From Kudoa neothunni (lineage: Eukaryota; Animalia; Cnidaria), in the NCBI GenBank assembly GCA_964304625.1, contig OZ199840.1, positions 1,132,733 to 1,196,732 of the forward strand: DNA of 64,000 bases, in the 5' to 3' direction. The notes under the pieces were generated by a model. The model did not search any database and was not told where the DNA came from. It saw nothing but the letters and a program-made list of their open reading frames with translations. Both the position numbers and the translations under genes were made by a program. Positions within the stretch are counted from its first letter, which is position 1; each line of letters begins with the position of its first letter. Positions 42,251-55,699 of this stretch are shown piece by piece.

Positions 42251-42719
42251 TGTAAATCTTATTTTATAATATTAATAAATCACTCATCCGTTTTAGTAAT
42301 AAAGATGATGATATCGCGGATTTCTTTAAAAACATTAATTTATTTTTTTCATTACTGTAATTGGATTTCAACCAAGTTATAAAAAATCGCTTCAGTATTA
42401 ATCAAGACCTATTTGTAGGTTTCTTATTTCTAAAATCGCAATCACATTTTTAATGCTTATCGAAATAAACATCTAGTTTTAAGATAATTACCTCAAGAAC
42501 ATTTCTATTAAAATTAGCTTTCAGTGAAAATTATTTCTTAAATAGAGCTGAAACTTGTGGATGTATATATAAATTTAGCACATCAAACCATCTTTTTTAA
42601 CAAAAATATTACTAGAAAAAATTTATTTGAAATTAAATTCTTAGGGCTCCGTATTCGTTTAGCTTAATTAATAGAGAGCCCGCATGCCAGAAAGGTTAGG
42701 AACCACTGCTCTAATGGAT

Positions 42720-43616
42720 TTGGGGTATAAATCTACCCCAATGAGACTTTGTTAATTGTATAATTCGTTACATATAATTTCAAACTTTCTGATATTACAT
42801 GTATTCCTTAAAAATAATTTTATTTACATATTAAAATAAAATAACAATTTTTATCTTTCGTATTGGCAAAAATATACATTTTCCACCCTCCGATGTACTT
42901 TGGGGTAGAAAACGACCCAACAATTTTTTTTACTGAAATAAAAGAAGAGATAATTTTTAGCGTAAACGATGAGTTTAAGGATTTGTTAGGTTCTAGATTT
43001 TACGATATAACACTTAAAAACTGCAAACTGGTCACGTGACGCATAAAAAACTTTGTTTGGTTATGATATTTTTCGGAGGGAGTTCTTGAAATGATGGCGA
43101 AATTATCATATGACTTACTAATGGAGAGAATCATGGAAACCAATAAATATTAAACCGTCTTTAATCTTTATTCCCAGAAAATTGGTCAAAAAACCAACGT
43201 TGTGGTTGTGTGCGCAATTTGCAATAAATTTTGGTATTAGAGCCACCTAATAAATGTTTGTGAGTCTTTTTTGCGTTAAATGTGGTTTATTTATGGCAAA
43301 AATAGGCTAAGAAATTACATTGATTAATATTTTAATTTAAAAGGTTTAATTAGGACAACACACAGCCAACTGAAATCAGGATTAAAAACTAATCACGGTT
43401 GTTGGCGAAAGTGATATTCGTAGGATTGTCGAGATTTTTTACAAATTTATTTGCGCTATAACTCTTTACTCTTTTTTCTCCCACCAAAGAAAAACAATAT
43501 TTCTTCTTACGGATTTTTTTTTGTAACTAGCGATAAAATAAATATCTGACGTAGGTTTCTACTCCAGAGTCAGTCGGATAGGAGTGCAGTCGATTTTCGG
43601 TCCATTAGACGGTTAA
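42720..43616. mobile_element. Degenerate piggyBac-type remnant(s)
   Basis: TTGGGGTATAAATCTACCCCAA and CCCTCC..TTGGGGTAGAAAACGACCCAA terminal-type palindromes. Possible right end ...GACGGTTAA. Confidence 0.4.
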
Positions 43617-45356
43617 ATATTATTTAATCTAAAAAACTTGGTTGGATGCTCGATTTGGGTTTACAACGCTAAACATGGGAGCTTTCATAAAGTTACGCAT
43701 TGATTGGCGCTTGTTTAACTAAAGCACAATCAAAAAGCCTTTCTATAATATAATAAACGTATATTACGATTTTAATTTACCTCGATGAATGCATAAAAAC
43801 ATTCTTTATATAGTGCCGCTAATTTCATTTAGAACTGGTGTATAAACACGATTTTGTTGGAGTAATATCAGGTAGATTCCTCTATGATCGGTATTATTGC
43901 TTTAAAGCGGTGACAGTGTATCAATATCATTCCGGTTTTACTGTTTCGATAAATTCATAAAAATCTCTTTTTTATTGCATAGAGACAATGATAAACTTGG
44001 ATTTATGTTGATTGCGGCTATTGAATTTGTTTTTAACGTATGTTGGCCTGTAAATTTAAATCAGCCCTTCTCTATCAACTGTACATCTGATTTTATTTAT
44101 TCTACTGAAGATTAAAAAGATCGAGTATTAAGCAACTAAGTTAAATAAATCTTCATTAGCTCATATTAAACATGTAGATATTGTTTATTTGGTGTTTAGT
44201 TGTCAAAAGTTCGTGATTCTGAATTATTTGGTTGAATAAATTTTGGAAAGTTCACTATAAATAATTAAAAAATCGCGATTCAATTATAACTCTAATTGAT
44301 TCTTTATATTTAGAGGTTGATTCATGATAGAATAATTAACAATCTCTTTGAACGATGGAATCTAATGGTAACCATCGTTCTATTCAGACCGGTAAATCGG
44401 TAGGATAACAAAAGAAAGGTGCCAAATTATAGTTTTTTTGAATTAATCGTAGAACAAGCAATTTTTTGCTTTAAAGTCGTAAGAGTTCTCACAGGATTCA
44501 AAACAGATGAGCAATTCCATATAAGGTGTTATTATCAGTGGATTAGAGTCGGAAAACTTTCAAATCAACAAATTAACTGCATTAAATTCTCAGTCGGGAC
44601 CAACCCAGCTCTGGCTATACTTTGTGGTAAGTTGTTTTTATGGTGTGAAATTCCGACAAATAATATAAAGCATAAGTCAAGTGGTGGATAGTTCCAAAAG
44701 AGTAAATTTTCGTGTTTTTTCACCGACAAACCCACCAGTGATAAGATAATATTTTATTGACATTTTGGCGTGATAACATGGAAGGTAGGTTTTCAAGTTG
44801 TGTTCCCGGTTTGGCTGCATCAAAGCAAGTATCGGCATTCACATCGCTCTTTAAGGAAAATAATAAAACTTTGGTATTACGTTATGAGCATCATTTGTGT
44901 ATTCCCCTGATGGGAAACCCTCTAAGTTTTGCTCATCGACATAGTCATTGTTGCGTAAAATGCGATATAAACACTATAGAGATATTTTTATCGACGCCTC
45001 ATTTTGCTAATAGAACTGTCGACATTTAGAATAGAAGTGGAGAGGTATTGCCTATAGAATAACCATCAATTCTATCGATTTAATAGAGTAAATTGTTGTT
45101 TTTATAATTCTTATCAAAAGGGGCGAATTGTTAGAATATGTTTTTTTGGCTCTCAAGATTAGAGCCTTTTTCAATTAACAATCAGTTTACGTTTTTATCG
45201 AATTTATTTAACTATTCACCAATTTTTAATGACAATTAGTTTGTGAGAAATCAATTATTCATATATTAAAAAGGTTGGTAGAAGGAAACAAATGGCTTTT
45301 CAAAATTGATATTGTTTTTGATTTTACAAACTAATTGTGTCTATTTATAGTAAAAC

Positions 45357-48300
45357 ATGCCAAAAAATTCAAAGACATTCGATCAGAAAAAGATTCCTTT
45401 TTCGTCTCCACTTATCAAAGCTACGCTAATGGAACAAGAGGACGATAACAGTAGTAAACTTAGGGCCAAATACACTAATATTAAAGTGAAATCAAATTTG
45501 TTTGTTTATAATCACATCAATACTACGTTTATAGAATGAAATCAATTACGATACATCGTCACTGTCGTCAACCTACAAAGGATGTGTGCTGGATAAACGA
45601 TCGTATATATGACGTTTTTTTACCTATTAAATAATAGATACTTTTTAAGAACATCACAAATCAGCGAAATGAACAGAGTAGATTTCATCGTTAAAATTGA
45701 TTGGCTCATATTTATTTGAACTGAATCGTTTTTATTCTTATAGGATGACGCAAAAGGCGGCAATTGGACTACAATCACTCCGAAAAATGAAGCTTACATA
45801 GATTGGGACAATTGTAACGATAATATCTCAAAAATAGATTCTCAAGTGAATCACATTTAAATTTTTATTGACGAATTAATTGTATGAACATATAGGGATC
45901 GTCCGCTGTTGAGCTAGTCGTAGCGGTAAAGTCAGCCATTCAGCAACGACAAGATATCCTAGAGGTAGCTTCTGCATATGTAATCTAACTAGATTTGAGT
46001 TCAAATTCGAGCAGGAGTGGAAGAAGAAAGCCGAAACTTCAGTGAATGAATTGCAACAGGTGAAACAAGGCAAGAGTCAATTGGAATGCTCTATCGGAAA
46101 AAAAGAAAGAATGATTTCCCAACTCACGAAAGAGATTTCCGAAATGTAATTGAAGCTTCTATGTATTCTATTTATTTTTCATCTATTCTATGTTAGGCAA
46201 ACTCAACTAACAATTCTTCACGGCGAGACTAGCACACTTAAAAAGAATTATGAATGCGCCAAGTCGGAAAAAGAAAAACTCAATTCATTGTACCATTGTG
46301 CATTGCAAGAGTTGAGCGATGCTAGGAAAAAGTTAACTCTCACAGAAGAACAAAGAGACAAACTCGAACGTAGATTCCGACTTCAGGAAGAAGAAAACGA
46401 ACATTGGTTCAAAAAAGGCGAGCAAATTGAGACCGAACTTGTCAATTCGAAACATACTATCGCTTCTTTGAAAGCAGAAATTGTTGAATTAGAAGAGAAA
46501 CTTGCGCTGTTACAAGCTCAACTCATTGGAAAGACAATAGAGCATAAAGTTATAAAATCAACATTCTAAAACATACTTAGAATTTATGAATTAGGAAGAT
46601 GATGGTGCTATTGAAGAACTCAAAACGAGGTTGACTCAATCGTTGGAAGAGTTGAAGAAAGAAATCCAACGGAATAGAGTTAACACCACCGAGATAAACA
46701 AAATGACTCAGCTAATCGATAAATTGGAACAGGATAAAGCAAACATTCAGAAGGTTACCAACTTTTATTAATTTTGTGACATAAATATAAAAAATGTAGT
46801 TATTGAATGAAGCTGAGGAACAGAAAAATGCATTCCAGATTCAGAATTCTTCCCTGCAATCAGAGCTTAAAAGTTGGAAGGAAAAGTACAATGATATTCA
46901 GCAATCGTGTGAAGAACTGCAGAAAACGGTAAAAAATCTAGAAAAAAAGTAATCAACAGTTAACTCAATAAATAAAATAATTTTTATTAAGAATGAAAGA
47001 ATTTGAAGCCGATAACATACATCTGAAGAAAAAATTGTCTGATTCTCTCACGGAAAATACCAATTTACAAGAAGAGCTTGAAAAGACAGATGAGAGCCTC
47101 AAAAAAAGTCAAAATCAACTATTAAAATTACAAATTGACCTAGAAAAACAAAAAACATTACTAACTGATGCCAATACTAACATTAAAATGCTCCAGAATG
47201 AAAAGCAATCCATCAGCAAACAACTGAAAATCCTGGAAGACATGGAAAAGAAACGCCAAAAGAAACGCCAAGTATTGACTGTTCGTAGTATTTAATTGAG
47301 TTGATTTAAAAATAGAACGAGCTCACCCGTTTGTTATCTGACAACAAATCTCTAAAGCAAACTATTGAAATTGTTAAAGACAAGCTCGCTTCGGAAAACC
47401 GACCAGCTCTCGAAAGCACAACGTGAAGTTAAAACCTTCCAACAACAGCTCAAATGTGTTGAGAGTGATTTGATTGAGGAGAAAACCCGCCACAGTGAGG
47501 AGTTGTTTTCTTTGCAAGAAAAAAGCCAAAGCATCGAACGATTACTGGAAAAATTATGTTGAAAAGGAGGTGATTCACATTGATATTTTATTTTACGTTG
47601 TCTTTCATTTTTTTAATTCTTTATAGATATGCCAAATCAAACAAACCTACATGGGAAAAATTGCACCGACATTGCGAGGAATATTCGTCTGTAATGGCAC
47701 AATCAAATAGTAGAGAGGCATCATTTTTCTCGGAACCCCCGAATCCCTACAGAACTTGTTGATGAAATTTCTTACCTGAAAAGACAACTCACTGATTCAA
47801 CTAAAAAACTTGAAGATGCAATTCTTCAGGCTGAAACCAGTAGAAAACAAATATATGAAAGAACCAACATAGAACAACAGCAAATGATTGAAAAATTGAA
47901 CCCAGCTAAAAAACTTGACAGCAATTACATTGGTGAGCTTTGAATCGAGGATCCAAACAATAATGTCGAATTTTATTGGTGAAAATGTATTTATCTTTTT
48001 TAAATTTTGAGAACGCTTTTAAAACAATGTTATTATTTTATAGAATGCACTACAGTTGTTAGAGTCTGAGAATAAGGTTCTAAAAGAAAAATTGGAAAAA
48101 TACAAGTTAAATTATTAGCTTAAATTTCTTCAGATTATAATTTTTTTTTGTAGGAAAAAACATGAAGAAACTAAAAACCTAGAAGTCACAATGGAAAGAA
48201 TTGTTGGCTGAAAAGGGATACAACTTCGAATCGATTTGGGGTCATTCCAAAAATCTTACTGCGCTAGCCGAAGAAGCGATCGATCGTCTTAAACAAGATC

Positions 48301-51300
48301 TATCTGATACAAAACGAAAACTTGAAGAGCGCATAGAGGCAGTGGAAACATTAAAGTCAGAACAGTTGACTCTGAAGAAAACATATCGGCAGCAAAGATG
48401 CACAAATCAACCTCTTACATCAATCCATTGAAAGCTTGCAGAAACAAATTCTCGAATACACCAAAGACAATGAAAGTGTGAGGGTTTTGAAAGAAAACAT
48501 CGAGCACGACCAAACTCATCTTCGATAAGACACATTTTTACTTAAAAATGAAATCAACGAGCTTCGTTCCTCACTAGAACAGTCAATGCTTTCCAAAAAA
48601 GATGTTTGTTCATTGAATAATAAAATCAATCAAGAAGTATTTGACATAAATAGGTTTCAGTTTAATTGATGTGGTTGATTGTGGTTTAGTTGTACGAGTT
48701 GAAAGCAGAAATCAAGTCCAAAACAAATGAAATAACCTCCCATCAAGCAAACGTCCGCATCTCTTCAAAACAACTGCATTCAAGTCAAAATGAAATTCTA
48801 GAACTTAAAAATGTATAATATTTGTGTTTTTATATATAAATAATTAAATAAAATAATAGAAACTCAAAGCAACCCCTCAAAATATCACCGCTGATAACAA
48901 CTTCAAGGAACTGATGGACAAGTTTGTTGAAGCCAACAAAAAAAATCAATAAACTTCAATTGCAAATCACCGAATTAAACAACAACGCCAAAAACATCGA
49001 AAATGTCCACCTAGTCAAATTAAAGCAACAGACGATGAAAAAACGGTCGATACTTTCTCAAGTGGAACAACTCAATGACCTCGTCAAATCAGAAGACTCC
49101 AAAAAACAAACGACTCACCGAATGTCTTAACTCAACAGATGGCATCCTCACAGAATTAATTCGAATTTTTGATAATCATGGTCAGTCGATAATGCAAACA
49201 CTAAAAATACCCATCGAAAGATTGTATGAGCCTGTATCAGTGAACCACAAGTATTTTATTGAATGATCCGATTTTGCTATTTTGATATTTTTCCCAGTGA
49301 ATGTGCCAATTATTGCTATTACTCTAACAAACAGGAATTTGTTCTACTGTGCGGTGAGTCGTTAATTGAGTTAAGTCATAATCAAAAATGATTTAGAGGG
49401 GGCTATTGAAAAAATTAAAATTATAATCAAAGAACTTGTTGAACGAGAAAATCGTCTCTCTAATCAGCTCGCCGAACAACAAGAGCAGCAGAAATTAGCC
49501 GAAATGAACAATGAGAAAAAAACCAATTCGCATAAGTCTCAAATAGACCAGTTCCAAAAGATAGTTCAAGCAAAACAAGAGGGTATTTAAAAATAACAAT
49601 TTGTTTATTCGCTTTTTAAATTAAATATGTATCTATATGTATTCAATGTGAATTTTTTTAATATATTAATTTTAATTATCGTTTTTATGAATCAAAATAA
49701 GTTTTTTACAATTCTAACCTGATTGTTTTAGAGTTTGACAAAATACATCAACAACTTATCGACATACAACTCTTGCAATCATCACAATCAGACGATGTTT
49801 CCAAGTCCATATCGGAGCATCTGGAGAGACAACGAAGCGCCATGTCGCAATCAGAGGAAAACAAAAACAGCATTAAAACTGAGGTTATTAGATTTTTAAT
49901 ATTATAATAAATTTATTATTTATAAATATGTCTATAGTTGTTTAATGTGAACAAGAGAATGCAGAATTTAGTCACTGAGAAAAGAGAATTAGAAATCAAA
50001 CTTCAAGAGATAGAATCTGTGTGCTCAATGTACAACATAAAAATAGTCACTTTGGAAGGTTCGAACAATTCAAACATTGAATATTTAAATTAAAAAACAT
50101 TTTATTTAAATGAAAATATAATTATTAGGTGAAATTGAAAATCTTACCCTCAAACTAAAGGATTGCAATGAGAGAGACGTCGAACAAAATGACCTCATCA
50201 GTAAAATTACATCTAACAATCGTGAACTCACTGATCAACTCATGAAATACAAAATTGAAATTCAAAAACTTCAGACAGTAATATATTTTTTAGAAATTAA
50301 ATTAAGTAAACAATATTTGGTTAGATAATCGCTGAGAAGGAACAAACTGTGTTGTTGAATGACGAAGGTGGCTTCGACAATGACGAGTGCTCCGATAAAC
50401 ATTGTTGCATGAAAAACAAATGTGGTCATCTTCACGCTTCTATTGCTGATGTGGAGTTGCAAAAGAAACTGCTCCAAGAACGTCTAGAATCAGCTCAAAA
50501 GTCTGAACACATGTCACGGTTGAATATGGTTTCAATGGAGGACAAAATAAAGTCACTTTGCAGTCAGCTGGATTCGATTCAAATGGAAAAAGCCTCCCTT
50601 GAAGGATGGGTGCAACACTTACAAAAAATGTTACAGGAAAATAGCACCGTTATCCCTGCCAAAGAATCTACACCTTCAGCTAAATCGGACGTAATCTCAC
50701 TGCCGCCACTAATCAAATATGTCTTTTGTGATTCTTATTTAATCATTTTTCTGTAGAAATCCCTCAAAACCGAAGATATTATTCAATACAAGGGGCACAT
50801 CAAACAACTGGAAATTGACAACAGCCATCTAAAGAAAAAGCTCGATCAACTCACTCAACAACTCAACTCGATTCAGTTATCCAAATCACTGAGCGACCAA
50901 CACAAACTCATCGCCGAAAGGGATGAATATGAAAAAAAATACAGCCAAGTGAAGAAACAATACGATGAGAAAGAAGTTGAGATAAGCAACCTCAAAAGTG
51001 AAATTAACGCTATAAAGATGAGATATCTGAGGAAAACTGAGCCTTCCAGATCAACTCAAGATTATCAGTAAAAACTAATAATAAATATATATACGTGTTT
51101 GTTTAATTATGTATTTCAACCTAGGGATACTATTCAAACTGGTTCTGATCTTAGTTTGGACAAACGTGTGACTGCTTGTGTGGTCACCTACTCGCACAAG
51201 TCTGACTCTAAAAATGTATCCTTTATTTTTGCATTTAATTTTTTAATTTCGTTTTAGAGCTCATTCAGTAGAGGTTCGCCTAAGGCATCCACTCAATATC

Positions 51301-51593
51301 ATCAAATCGAACAAAGCAAACTGCAAAATTCAATACACAAAATCGATCAACATCCCAAATCACAACTACAACAAGATTCCACTGATTTCAAATGCGACGA
51401 ATGCACCTCCAAATATGAATATGACTCTTCGCTCGATCTCACCTCACAAAGAATGATGCATGTTTCAGCTACAAACGTTGCCATGGTTCCACAAATGCAA
51501 CCTTATTCCACCAAGGATTCGCATTCGGCTGACAACCCCAAAGAGAAAAAATCAAAAAAGAAATTCTCATGGCGAAAAAAGACAATTGTCTGA
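45357..51593 (+). CDS. Very long multi-exon coiled-coil protein of unknown family
   Basis: More than 20 E/K/Q/L-rich heptad exons joined by GT-AG introns, from MPKNSK... to ...KKFSWRKKTIV*. Apparent frameshifts at ~47.4-49.1 kb. Confidence 0.8.
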
Positions 51594-51765
51594 ATGATGC
51601 ATTATTTGATAATAATTTTTTTTCATTAGTTAATATTTGGAAATTAATTATTTCCCAAATCTATTAAGTTGAAGTTATTAAAATGGGTTTTTTGCGTGGA
51701 CATATTTAAAGCAGTTACCACCACAGTTGTTCTAGAAATAGGACCTTGAACAATTTGATGTTGCT

Positions 51766-54700
51766 TCATGGTCGAATGGCTGTGAAATATTTTTCAGTGT
51801 ACGGTACACACATATTGGAATTGGTACAAACCTATTCATATTAAAGTTTAATATAATATGAAAAACAGAAATTAAAAAATAACAAAATATACTTGAAATT
51901 TAGGACAAGGGAGACAAAATTTAGTTATCGCAGAAACTGGAACACACGAATTATTAATGCATACCTAGAATAATTTTGAATAGTGCTTTGATAGTTTTTA
52001 ATTACTGCATCATCTTTTACACATGAGACTCCTTCGTTGACAAACCCAAGCGGATCTGGTTTTGTACTATTATAGATGATTCAAACAAACCAACCTGTAG
52101 GACTCATATACTAGCACATTTGCTTGTTGGCTTTAAAGTTGATGTGATTTCCGATCCATTGCGTTGAATTACAAAACAAATGGCCACAACCTACTGGACT
52201 TTTTTTAATGCGATTTCGTTCAATCTCATTTCTTAATTAATCTACTTGTTACTACAAAGTAAATTAAAGAGGGGTTTGTTTGTCACTAGCTCTGGCGTTT
52301 TGCAACCCTTATATTTGAGTCTAGCGGCATAGTTTGAGCATTCTTTTGAATATTCCACATAGTCTATTTTTCGAAAAATAATTAAACTATTTTAGTTGAA
52401 CGATTTTACTTGTTTTGAACATTTTTTTACATGCCTGAGTTCGATCGCCACATACACCATTATAGCAAAATCCCTAATTATAATTTGACATAATTTTTAT
52501 ATTGATTTAAATGTGTTTCACTTATGGTTAAAATTGTTTTTTATTTTTTATAAAATCCACCCTCATAATTGTTAATTAGATGAACGTTTATTTAAATAGT
52601 ATTGTAATTTTCGTTTGTTTATGTAATTATTGTTCTACTATAACGTTTTCATGTTTTTATTAATGATATGATAAACAATTTAAAAGTTGATTTTTTTAAA
52701 AATAGATAAATTAAATCCCCTAATAATAATATTTTTAAAAAATAATTAACTTTGATACTAAAAAATTAGAGATTACAAATAATACATTAATTAAAATAAT
52801 TTCAACAAAATTTTTGTTGTCAAATGATTGTCATTTCAGCAAATTTTATATTAATCATAAATTTTTAAAAATATATATTCAAAATATATTAAACATGAAA
52901 ATTAATTAATTGATTTAGGCCTATTGTCCGATTTATAGAATATCGTATACATAACACAAATAGAATTATAGTGGAAAAAATACACTTTTGCATGGATATC
53001 CGTCCGATTTGAACTGATTATATGGGCACTAAAGGAATTTACAAGTCAAATATATACATGAGATGTACATGTCTCAGTCGGCCATTACAAAATTCAGCAA
53101 TATCACACACATCGGTTGCATTTCTGCATAATTTTCCTAACGCAAGCTATACATATATAACTTTAAATAACTGCTAGCATTTTTGAGAGAGAAAATTGTT
53201 ACCTGACAATTTTCACAACATTCTTCCTCCGAACATTTAATCGAAGGAGAAACAAACTGACAACTATTGAAATCGCAACACTTATCAACTTTCCTTAAGA
53301 TGCATGACTATCGTCAAGATTAATTATAATAAATTTTACAGCGATAACCTCATAGAAACCACAATCACAATCTTCTTGGTTGTTCAGCTCAATGATCCCA
53401 TTTCCACAAGATTCAAAATAATTTCCCTTATTTATTTTATCATTGCGAACTCTAATTGTAAACAACTTTGGGGCAATAATTGGAACAATTGGTGGCCGTC
53501 TTCATGAACTGTTGGATGGAACAAGAAGAAAATGCAGGCGGTCTTTCACCATACCTAAACACAAATTGTCGCATATTCCAACAAAAAGTCAAACTTACCA
53601 CTCTATTATGTGTTCTACCATAATACATTTGTTTCTGAACGCACAAAGGCAACCATTCTTTTCCACTGGATAGGTGGTCATTCCCATAATATTCCCAATA
53701 TGCCTTGCAAAAGTTATACTGGCATTTATTCGGTGGTTTAATGTCTTTAAATCAACCTATAATCACATACATAAATATGAGGAACTTTTTAATAACAAAT
53801 TTTTATAATATTAGATAAGGAAATTTCTATCATAAATTGTTGAAAACTGAATACAGGTATCAGTGCTATTGCTTCATTGCTGCATAATTTACCAAATACA
53901 CTTAGACTGTCATCTTCAAAATTTGATTTTTTTTCACTTGAATTTATTAGTACAATTTAATGAAAAAATAAAGGTACAAAATCAATATGTAAATATCAGC
54001 CTTCAATCTGGTGCTCCGAAAATAGTTCCTGAGTTGGTTTCTGATTAGGGAGCCAGTGTTGCCTATATGCACAGGATTGCCATTGGACCAATAGAGCGGC
54101 GGTTGCGAATACAACATAATCTTATGCCAAGCAAATATCTAGATATTAGATATTAGTAAAATCGATGTTTCGACTTTCTTTTAATGAAAAAGAAACATAA
54201 TAATTAACTTTATTCAATATTCTCAATCGTAAAGTCTTATTTTTGAATAATTTAAATTTTCTATAGAAATTTTAATTATTTTTAGGGTACAATTATACTC
54301 AAATTTATAGAATAAAATTCACCCTAGAAATAATTGTATCAAAAATATAAAAGGAAGGAAATTGTTTGATTTTCTACTTATATTGATAAATATTTGAACT
54401 TAAATATATCAAAAGATTATTTCAATTTTTAGGTTTGAATATTACAGCTCCTAAAAATTTTCATATTTAGATTTTATTTATAAATATTTCGGTATAATTA
54501 CAAAAATTAAAAATGTAAGATAAGCGGATTAACGCAAAAACTTAAAATTACTCTCTGCAAGTATCTCATCACTGCTGAAAGATATCTATCAAATTGAACA
54601 AATTTGCTGTTTTGTTTGGCCTTTAAAATAATTGAACGAAATAAAACCCCCAAAGCACTTTACAATTTCGTGAGAAATCATAAAAGCCACATTCAAGCAA

Positions 54701-55120
54701 TAACCATCATTAATGGTGACAATATACCCGGGTTTTTTCCAATCCTTCACTAATTAAAAAGTCACAAATGATCGATTACTACCTTTGATTTTTCGTTAGG
54801 CTCAACCGAAGTGACCAAAACCTATATCAACACAATAATTAACGTTTCAAAATAAATACACTTATTCCTTATTAGTGCATTTTAGATACCAAAATCATAA
54901 TTGCGGAAATAAAAATTTTTAACCTCTCCATTAAACTGTTTGGTGGTTGCATGGTAAAAATATTGCTCAAAATTATAAAATATATTGAACTATTCATATT
55001 TTTCTAAAGTTAAACAAATGATTATTTCAGTATAAATCATCACTGGAGATTATTCAGTTACCAAATCCCCTGATAGATAAATTAGTAATATCAGGTGAAA
55101 TAATAAAATTCATAGCCAAT
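51766..55120 (-). CDS. ADAM-like protein (M12B reprolysin + disintegrin + Cys-rich domains), predicted non-proteolytic; 5' end unresolved
   Basis: Exons read by eye: TFARHIGNIMGMTTY..CLC..CIM..PAFSSCS, CGNGIIELNNQEDCDCG, CCDFNSC..CSEEECCENCQ, CRNATDVCDIAEFCNG, CPYNQFKSDGYPC, GFCYNGVC..C, CGHLFC, GFVNEGVSC, VCINNSCV. Confidence 0.88.
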
Positions 55121-55699
55121 TAAATATTGAATAGCTCACCTATAGCGATGAAAATACTATTTTATTGTTATTTCTGGAAATTTTATTGGATTTATTAATT
55201 TCAACAATAAAATACATCGATTTATTTATTCAAGTTATCCATATTGGTTTTTAGATGTTCATGATATTTAATTACCAATAATTAACTTAATGAAAACTTA
55301 AAAATTTTATATTTTAAACTATATTAATATTTTTTACCTTATATATTTATTGAAATTTTGTAGCAGACGAAAATTAGGAATTAAAATCACTTTCCTCAGT
55401 TTAATTACGAATTTCAAACAACATTATATTAATTCACACAACAAATTAAAAATCATTATTTTTATAAATAATTTAGAATATAATTATCATCTTACAAAAT
55501 ATGAATAAAAATAATTTAGTTCTTAGATCAAATATTCTAAAAAACGTCTAAAAATGATTTGAAAATATTTATCTATGGAGCAATGGTATTTTATATTTTA
55601 AGCTGCATATTTTTAACCTTCTAGCGGATTTGAGGCGTTTTACTCCTCACATCACATTTAATTTGGGCATAAAATTTTACGAACTTCTTGTAGAAAATT

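Larger units (their letters stand above)
38310..42708 (+). mobile_element. hAT (Buster/ZBED5-SCAND3-like) DNA transposon
   Basis: TIRs CAGTGGTTCCCAACC ... GGTTAGGAACCACTG enclose a BED-finger hAT transposase. Confidence 0.85.
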
